NCBI RefSeq assembly: GCF_006345805.1
Contig: NW_021829322.1
Location: forward strand, 1-6,532
Reading direction: 5' to 3'
Source: Octopus sinensis
Taxonomy: Eukaryota
DNA length: 6,532 bases
Part shown: piece after piece, positions 1-6,532 of the stretch
How positions within the stretch are numbered: position 1 is the first letter of the stretch
Layout: the number at the start of each line of letters is the position of its first letter
Translations under genes and position numbers: made by a program
Notes under the pieces: model-generated
Databases searched by the model: none
What the model saw: only the letters and a program-made list of their open reading frames with translations
Told to the model about the DNA's origin: nothing

Positions 1-212
1 CTACGAGATTTGATCAACGGAACAGCCTGACGCAAATGGCTGAGTATTCCACAACACATGTTCCCTTAAATTATAGGTACAACTCATTTTTACGAGCTGA
101 ATAACCTGGAGCAACATGACATAAAGTGTCTTGCTCAAGGACACAAAGCGGCACCGGGTATCGAACTCCCAATCGTGAACTGAATGCCCTAACCACTTAG
201 CCACGCTCCTTC
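1..212 (-). mobile_element. tRNA-derived SINE, family A (CORE-like), copy 1; internally deleted, may extend past the left edge
   Basis: Minus-strand Pol III A box TGGCTAAGTGG (203-193) and B box GTTCGATACC (166-157), followed by TTGTGTCCTTGAGCAAGACACTTTAT, which resembles the CORE-SINE motif (TGTGTGACCTTGGGCAAGTCACTT). 121-146 is identical to 2407-2432 (26 bp) and the rest aligns co-linearly with copy 2. Confidence 0.88.
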
Positions 213-250
213 ACTCACATCCGCATGTATTTCCCAGCGTACATTACATA

Positions 251-396
251 CTAGATTTCTATAGCCGAAAGGCTATAGTTGACCGGCAGTCACGTGAGAA
301 GAGAAGAGAGAAAGAAGGAATTAAGGAGAGGGAGAAGAAAGGGATGTGCCAAGAATTGGCGGGCCAAAAGAAAGGCAGGGTCATGAGTGGCATAGA
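251..396 (-). mobile_element. Candidate non-autonomous Helitron
   Basis: Minus strand reads A|TCTATGCC...CTATAGCC-TTTC-GGCTATAG-AAAT-CTAG|T: 5' TC, perfect 8-bp subterminal hairpin (259-278), 3' CTAG (254-251), A/T target, no TSD. The 5' end is ambiguous (another A|TC at 415). Confidence 0.5.
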
Positions 397-412
397 TATA
401 TATATAATATAT

Positions 413-450
<38 letters not shown>

Positions 451-462
451 TATATATTTATA
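392..462. repeat. (TA)n microsatellite
   Basis: About 70 bp of alternating TA with a few interruptions. Confidence 0.97.
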
Positions 463-657
463 GTAAATCCAAAAAAGAAGAACAACAAACACAACACAAG
501 AACGCGAGGACGTGGTACATGTAAGGTATTAGCAGACGTTCAGGGATGGAAAGAAAGGTGGTTTAACGTTTCGAGTAGACGCTCTTCTTCAGAAACAGAG
601 GAAAGTCCAACAGAAAGGAAGACGGAGTAGGAAAATCGCCGACGATTCACATGTGGT
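463..657 (-). mobile_element. Penelope-like element pseudo-LTR / non-autonomous terminal fragment
   Basis: Contains a minimal type I hammerhead motif of the kind characteristic of Penelope-like element pLTRs and abuts a (TA)n tract. No RT or GIY-YIG remnant seen. Boundaries approximate; resemblance to an octopus repeat is from memory. Confidence 0.6.
561..596 (-). ncRNA. Minimal type I hammerhead ribozyme
   Basis: Minus strand: GUUU (stem I) CUGAAGA (core) A GAG-cgucua-CUC (stem II) GAAA C G U U (core, loopless palindromic stem III, GUU triplet) AAAC (stem I'). Stem I is in exact register with a cut between 565 and 564. Confidence 0.75.
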
Positions 658-1187
658 ATGAGATGCGTGTCTCATATATTATGAATGAGGATTCGGATAG
701 AATCAGGTACTTGAAAATGTATGCACCAGTTTGGACTGGGTGATCACTGTGTGCGTCGAAATATCAGATAGGATATATCGGTTGTGTACAGAGAGAAAAC
801 CAACCCTATGAGAATTTAGCACCTGAGGGGCTGGACAAAAGCACATGTTATGTTGAATAGTATGTTGTTGGTACACTCAAGGGTGTCCAAAAATTTTTTA
901 ATCCCCTTGGTTTATTATAAATCAAATGAATAATGACATACGATGGATAATTGTCAGCTCATAACAGCTGTTTCTTACGTAATTTTTTAATAGAAGAATG
1001 AGAACATTACATCTTTATAAAAGACCGTAATCATCAGATGAGAAATAGTTTTACAAAACAAAGAAATATCGCAAGAATACAGCAGGGATGAAGGGTGGAG
1101 TCTGTCGAGGCCATTTATGAAATGGGAGAATGACCAACTTGTTGTCCGTTTAGGTTAAGTATGTAGTTCCTGTTATATGCATGGGAA

Positions 1188-1280
1188 CGCGCGCGTAAAC
1201 ACAACCACACACAAGCACACACACACACACACACACAAACACACAAACACACAAACACACACACACATACACACACATAC

Positions 1281-1315
<35 letters not shown>

Positions 1316-1342
1316 CGCGCACACACACACCCGCACACAAAC

Positions 1343-1392
<50 letters not shown>

Positions 1393-1634
1393 ACGCACAC
1401 ACACACACGCGCACACACACAACAAACAACAAACACACAAACACACACAACATACACACACATACACACACCACACACACACACAACAACACACACACAA
1501 CACGCACACACACACACGCACAAACACCATACACATATACACACACACACACACACACACCAAACACACACGCACACACACACACGCGCACACACACACA
1601 AACACACAAACACACAAACACACACACACATACA

Positions 1635-1687
<53 letters not shown>

Positions 1688-1946
1688 GCACACACACAAC
1701 GCACAAACACACATACACATATCACACACACACCACACACACACACACAAACACACACGCACACACACACACGCGCACACAACACACACACACAAACACA
1801 CAAAAACACAAACACACACACACATACACACACATACACCCACACACAAACACACACCACACACGCGCACACACACACACGCACAAACACACATACACAT
1901 ATACACACACACACACAAACACACACGCACACACACACACGCGCAC

Positions 1947-1983
<37 letters not shown>

Positions 1984-2134
1984 CACACACAAACACACAC
2001 ATACACACACACATACACACACATACACACACACACAAACACACACACACACGCACGCACACACACACACACACGCACGCACACACACACACGCGCACAC
2101 ACACATGCACACATACACACACGCACACACACAA

Positions 2135-2167
<33 letters not shown>

Positions 2168-2183
2168 CACACATACACACACA
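1188..2183. repeat. Imperfect (CA)n/(TG)n microsatellite of ~1 kb with ~183-bp higher-order repeat
   Basis: CA dinucleotides interrupted by AA, TA and CG variants; starts at a (CG)4 run; variant pattern recurs at 1333, 1518, 1701 and 1881. Confidence 0.97.
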
Positions 2184-2185
2184 TA

Positions 2186-2506
2186 GTTTGGTGCCCTATC
2201 GGATACGATGACGAGTGTTCCAATTGTTCCAATCAATGGAACTGCTTGCTCGTGAAACGAATGTGCAAGTGGCTGAGTACACCATAGAGAGACACGTGTA
2301 CCCTCGACATACTTCTCCGGGAGATTCAGTGTGATACAGAATGTGACAAAGCTAGCCGTTTCAATTACAGGTATTACTCATTTTGAGTGGACTGGAGCAA
2401 CGTGAAATAAAGTGTCTTGCTCAAGGACACAACACGTCACCGGGAATTGAACTCACGACGTTACGATCGTCAGCCGAATTCCCTAACCACTGAGCCACGC
2501 ACCTTC
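2186..2506 (-). mobile_element. tRNA-derived SINE, family A (CORE-like), copy 2; near full length
   Basis: Minus-strand A box TGGCTCAGTGG (2497-2487), B box GTTCAATTCC (2452-2443) at tRNA-like 34-nt spacing, CORE-like motif 2432-2407, homology to copy 1 from ~2232 to 2506. The left boundary is inferred from the junction with (CA)n. Possibly one of the Octopus OR-type SINEs (from memory). Confidence 0.9.
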
Positions 2507-2522
2507 TCAACACACAAACACA

Positions 2523-2741
2523 TAATCCTTTCTACTCTAGGCACAAGGCCTGAAATTTTGAGGGAGGGGGATGAATCGATAACACCGACCCCAGTGCGTA
2601 ACTGGTACTTGTTTAATCGACCCCGAAAGGATGAAAGGCAAAGTCGACCCCGGCGGAATTTGAACCCTGAACGTAACGGCAGGCGAAATACCGCTAAGCA
2701 TTTCGCCCGGCGTGCTAACGATTCTGCCAGCTCGCCGCCTT
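2523..2741 (-). mobile_element. tRNA-derived SINE, family B
   Basis: Minus strand begins AAGGCGGCGAGC, A-box-like TGGCAGAATCGT (2729-2718), B box GGTTCAAATTCC (2666-2655), central CCTTTCATCCTTTCGGGGTCGATTAAACAAGTACCAG resembling a conserved SINE central domain (Meta/Sauria-SINE-like, from memory), ends ...GTAGAAAGGATTA. CpG-rich relative to its flanks, suggesting a young copy. Confidence 0.85.
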
Positions 2742-2774
2742 ACGTACACTCCACATAATGCAGTATAGACATAT

Positions 2775-3003
2775 CACACACACATACACACACACACACA
2801 CACATACTCGCGCACACACACAAACACACACTCATACGCGTATACATGGCTTAACACACTATAGATAACACATACATCAAACCACAAGCACACATATGTA
2901 CACGAGCGCACGTGCACACACTTCACATAACAGCATAGAGCACACACACACACGCATCACACACACACGCACACACACACCCACACACACACACACACAC
3001 ACA
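2775..3003. repeat. Degenerate (CA)n microsatellite
   Basis: Purer CA runs at ~2775-2831 and ~2941-3003 around a decayed CA/TA/CG-rich middle. Confidence 0.9.
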
Positions 3004-3280
3004 GACGTTGCCCCCACTGAACGTAAGTTCGGTCTACCAATGTTGTGATTCGAACGCAGGACTGCACAAAGCAATCTCCTTTTCTAAACGCTGTAAACAA
3101 CGCCAGCGAGAGGCTTCTATATTAAGAACGTTGTCTCCAATCGAACATTGTTATCTTCCTCTCCTGGGGCACCTAAACACCACTTCAAATGATTTTCAAA
3201 TCTTTTATCTCTTCTGTCCGTGTTTTTTCTCCATCTTGTTTTGTTGACAGCAAAAAGCTCCGTTGTCTGGTCTTCAAACA

Positions 3281-3425
3281 GTGTGGTGGTGGTGGTGGTG
3301 GTGGTGGTGGTAGTGGTGGTGGTGGTTGTATGGTGGTTGTGGTGGTGGTGATGGTGGTGGTGTTGGTGGTGGTTGGGGTGATGGTGGTGATGGTGGTGGT
3401 GGTGGTAGTGATGGTGGTGGTGGTG

Positions 3426-3459
<34 letters not shown>

Positions 3460-5366
3460 TATGGTGGTTGTGGTGGTGGTGGTGGTGGTGGTGTTGGTGG
3501 TGTTGTGGTGATGGTGGTTGTGGTGATGGTGGTGATGGTGGTGTGTGGGTGTGTGTTGGTGGTGGTGTGGTGGGGGGGTGGTGGTGTTGGTGGGGATGGT
3601 GGGGTGGGGGTTGGTGGGGGTGTGGTTGGGGGGGGGGGGGGGTGGTGAGGGTGGGGAGTGGTGGGGGGGTGGTGGTGGGTGGGAGGTGGTGGTGGTGGTG
3701 GTGGGGGGGGTGTGGTTTGGTGGTGGTGGTGGGGGTTGTGGTGATGTGGTAGTGATGGTGGTGGTTGTGGTGGTGGGGTAGTGATGGGTGGTTGTGGTGG
3801 TGGTGGTGGTGTGGTGGTGGTGGTGGTGGTTGTGGTGGTGGTGGTAGTGATGGTTGTGGTTGTGGTGGTGGTGTGGTGTGGTTGGGGGATGGTGGTGTGG
3901 TGGTGGTGATGATGGTTGGTGGTGTTGGTGGTGGTGGTGGGGGTGGTGTTTGGTGATGGGGGTGGTGGTGGTGTGTTGGTGGTGGTGGTGGTGGTGTGGG
4001 GATGGGGTGGTGGTGGTGCGTGGTGTGGTGGTGTGATGGTGGTGGTGTGGTGGTGGTGGGGGTGGTGGTGTGGTGATGGTGGTGGTGTGGTGGTTGTGAT
4101 GATGGGTGGTATGTTGGTGGTGGTGGTGGTGGTGGTTGTGGTGATGTGGTGGTGGTGGTGGTGTTGGGGTTGGTGTGTGGTGGTGGTGGTGATAGTGGTG
4201 GTGGTGGTGGTTGAGATGGTGGTTATGGTTGTGGTTGTAGTGGTGGTTGTGGTGGTGATGGTGGTGATGGTGGCGGTGGCGACGGTGATGTGGTGGTGGT
4301 GGTGTGGTGGTGGTGGTGGTAGTGTTGGTGGTGGTGGTTGTGGTGGTGGTGGTGGTTGTGGTGGTGGTGGTGGTGGTGATGATGGTGATGGTGGTGGTGC
4401 CGGTGGTTGTGGTAGTGGTTGTGGTGGTGATGGTGGTGATGGTGGTGGTGGTGGTTGTGGTGGTGGTTGTGGTGGTGATGGTGGTGATGGTGGTGGTGGT
4501 GGTGGTGGTGGTGGTGATGGTGGTGGTGGTGGTGGTGGTGGTTGTGGTGGTGGTTGGGTGGTATGGTGGTGATGTGGTGGTGGTGTGGTGGTGGTGATGG
4601 TGGTGATGGTGGTGGTGGTGGTGGTGGTGGTTGTGGTGGTGGTTGTGGTGTGATGGGGGTGGTGTGGTGGTGGTTTGGTGGTGGTTGTGTGGTGGTGGTG
4701 GTTGTGGTGGTGGTTGTGGTGTGGTGGTGGTGGTGGTGGTGGTGGTTGTGATGTTGTGGTGGTGGTGGTGGTGGTGGTTGTGGTGGTGGTTGTGGTGGTG
4801 ATGGTGGTGATGGTGGTGGTGGTGGTTGTGGTAGTGGTTGTGGTGGTGATGGTGGTGATGGTGGTGGTGGTGGTTGTGGTGGTGGTTATGGTGGTGATGG
4901 TGGTGATGGTGGTGGTGGTGGTGGTGATGGTGGTGATGGTGGTGGGGGTGGTGTGGTGGTTGTGGTGGTGGTTGTGGTGGTGATGGGGTGATGGTGGGGT
5001 GGTGTGTGGTTGTGGTGGGGGTTGTGGTGTGATGGTGGTGATGGTGGTGTGTTTTTGGTGGGGTGTTGTGGTGGTGGTGTGGTTGTGGGGCTGGTGGTGG
5101 TGGTTGTGGTGGTGGTTGTGGTGGTGATGGTGTTGATGGTGGTGGTGGTGGTGGTGACGGTGGTGGTGGTTGTGGTGGTGGTGATAGTAGCGGTAGTGTT
5201 GTTGTTGGTGGTAGTGGTGGTAGTGGTAGAGGTAGAGATGGTAATGGTAGTGAAATTGGTGGTGGAGGAGGAAATGATGATAGTGGTCATAGTGGTGGTG
5301 GTGGTGTCGGTGGTGGCGATGGTGTTGGTGGTGATAGTAGCGGTAGTGTTGGTGGTGGTGGTGTTG
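3281..5366. repeat. Imperfect (GGT)n/(ACC)n trinucleotide tract, ~2.1 kb
   Basis: GGT interspersed with GAT, TGT, AGT and GTT variants; G homopolymers at ~3570-3710; more decayed toward 5180-5366. Confidence 0.98.
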
Positions 5367-5631
5367 GCACTGGGGCAGGTTGCAGTTTGACCCAATTTGA
5401 CCCAAAGTTAAGTGGAGTGAGCATCAAAACCGATCCACCCATGACAGTCTCAACTTTAACCAATGTGTACGAAATTCAGTACAAGAGGAAAGACAACGAA
5501 TGTGGTTTGAGGGTGATGTGGCTGCTATTTCTACCATGTAGAGCTTGCCTTCTTTGGCTCATGCATACGTAAAACAGAAGAGATTAATTTGAGGGCGATT
5601 TGCTTGTCAGTTGTTTGACCTTAACTAGTTG

Positions 5632-6532
5632 AGCATGTCCCTTAGTAGCATGTCCCTTAGTAGCATGTCCCTTAGTAGCATGTCCCTTTGTAGCATGTCC
5701 ATTAGTAGCATGTCCCTTTGTAGCATGCCCCTTTGTAGCATGTCCCTTTGTAGGATGTCCCTTAGTAGCATGTCCCTTAGTAGCATGCCCCTTCGTAGCA
5801 TGCACCTTAGTAGCATGTCCCTTACTAGCATGCCCCTTAGTAGATGTCCCTTAGTAGCATGCCCCTTAGTAGCATGTATCTTAGTAGCATGCCCCTTAGT
5901 AGCATGTCCCTTAGTAGATGTCCCTTTGTAGCATGTCCATTAGTAGCATGTCCCTTAGTAGCATGCCCCTTGGTAGCATGTCCCTTAGTAGATGTCCCTT
6001 TGTAGCATGTCCATTAGTAGCATGTCCCTTTGTAGCATGCCCCTTTGTAGCATGTCCCTTTGTAGGATGTCCCTTTGTATCATGTCCCTTCGTAGCATGT
6101 CCATTTGTAGCATGTCTATTAGTAGCATGTCCCTTTGTAGGATGTCCCTTTGTATCATGTCCCTTCGTAGCATGTCCCTTTGTAGCATGTCCATTAGTAG
6201 CATGTCCATTAGTAGCATGTCCCTTTGTAGCATGCCCCTTTGTAGCATGTCCCTTTGTAGGATGTCCCTTTGTATCATGTCCCTTAGTAGCATGTCCCTT
6301 TGTAGCATGTCCATTAGTAGCATGTCCCTTTGTAGCATGCCCCTTTGTAGCATGTCCCTTTGTAGGATGTCCCTTTGTATCATGTTCCTTAGTAGCATGT
6401 CCCTTTGTAGCATGTCCATTAGTAGCATGTCCCTTTGTAGCATGCCCCTTTGTAGCATGTCCCTTTGTAGGATGTCCCTTTGTATCATGTCCCTTAGTAG
6501 CATGTCCCTTTGTAGCATGTCCTTAGTAGCAT
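5632..6532. repeat. 15-bp minisatellite, consensus AGCATGTCCCTT(A/T)GT; 60 units plus a partial, truncated by the window end
   Basis: Parsed unit by unit; 14-bp variants at 5842, 5916, 5990 and 6514; recurrent substitution variants form higher-order repeats. Confidence 0.98.

Noticed and set aside
657-676. 7-bp inverted repeat TATGAGA/TCTCATA
   Set aside because: Short, AT-rich and compatible with chance; no associated feature.
1031-1037. Second hammerhead core CTGATGA on the minus strand
   Set aside because: Not followed by stem II plus GAAA, and no stem I/III.
1115-2236. Long Cys-Val and His-Thr ORFs on both strands
   Set aside because: Translations of (CA)n/(TG)n, open in several frames only because the repeat lacks stop codons.
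2433-2506. Functional tRNA gene (also 150-212 and 2650-2741)
   Set aside because: A/B boxes are present but no convincing acceptor stem, and each continues into a SINE body.
2417-2758. 113-aa and 70-aa ORFs; also 1-204, 259-492 and 3008-3247
   Set aside because: They overlap SINEs or microsatellites, or are short with no recognisable protein motif.
3047-3055. Isolated B-box-like GTTCGAATC on the minus strand
   Set aside because: Only a poor A-box match upstream; no cloverleaf or SINE body.
3117-5572. 762-aa His/Thr/Pro ORF (mucin/extensin-like) and Gly/Val/Trp ORFs
   Set aside because: (ACC)n/(GGT)n translations; residue type flips with each indel, with no domain or frame preservation.
5584-6526. 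Pentapeptide-repeat ORFs (KGHAT, VACPF, RDMLQ)
   Set aside because: Result of a 15-bp unit; 14-bp units shift the frame repeatedly, arguing against coding constraint.
5632-6532. CRISPR array
   Set aside because: Contiguous tandem units with no unique spacers, no cas genes, eukaryotic context.

Overview
Non-coding, repeat-saturated eukaryotic DNA; no credible protein-coding region, as all long ORFs are translations of simple repeats. The interspersed repeats resemble, from memory, those of octopus genomes (not verified by search). In order: a deleted copy of a tRNA-derived CORE-like SINE (1-212, -); a candidate ~146-bp non-autonomous Helitron (251-396, -); (TA)n; a ~195-bp Penelope-like terminal segment carrying a minimal type I hammerhead ribozyme (561-596, -); a ~1-kb (CA)n tract with a hidden ~183-bp higher-order period; a fuller second copy of the CORE-like SINE (~2186-2506, -); a different tRNA-derived SINE (~2523-2741, -); more (CA)n; a ~2.1-kb (GGT)n tract; and a 15-bp minisatellite of 60 units with higher-order structure running off the right edge. 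The best functional candidate is the hammerhead, which lacks a stem III loop and could probably cleave only as a dimer.
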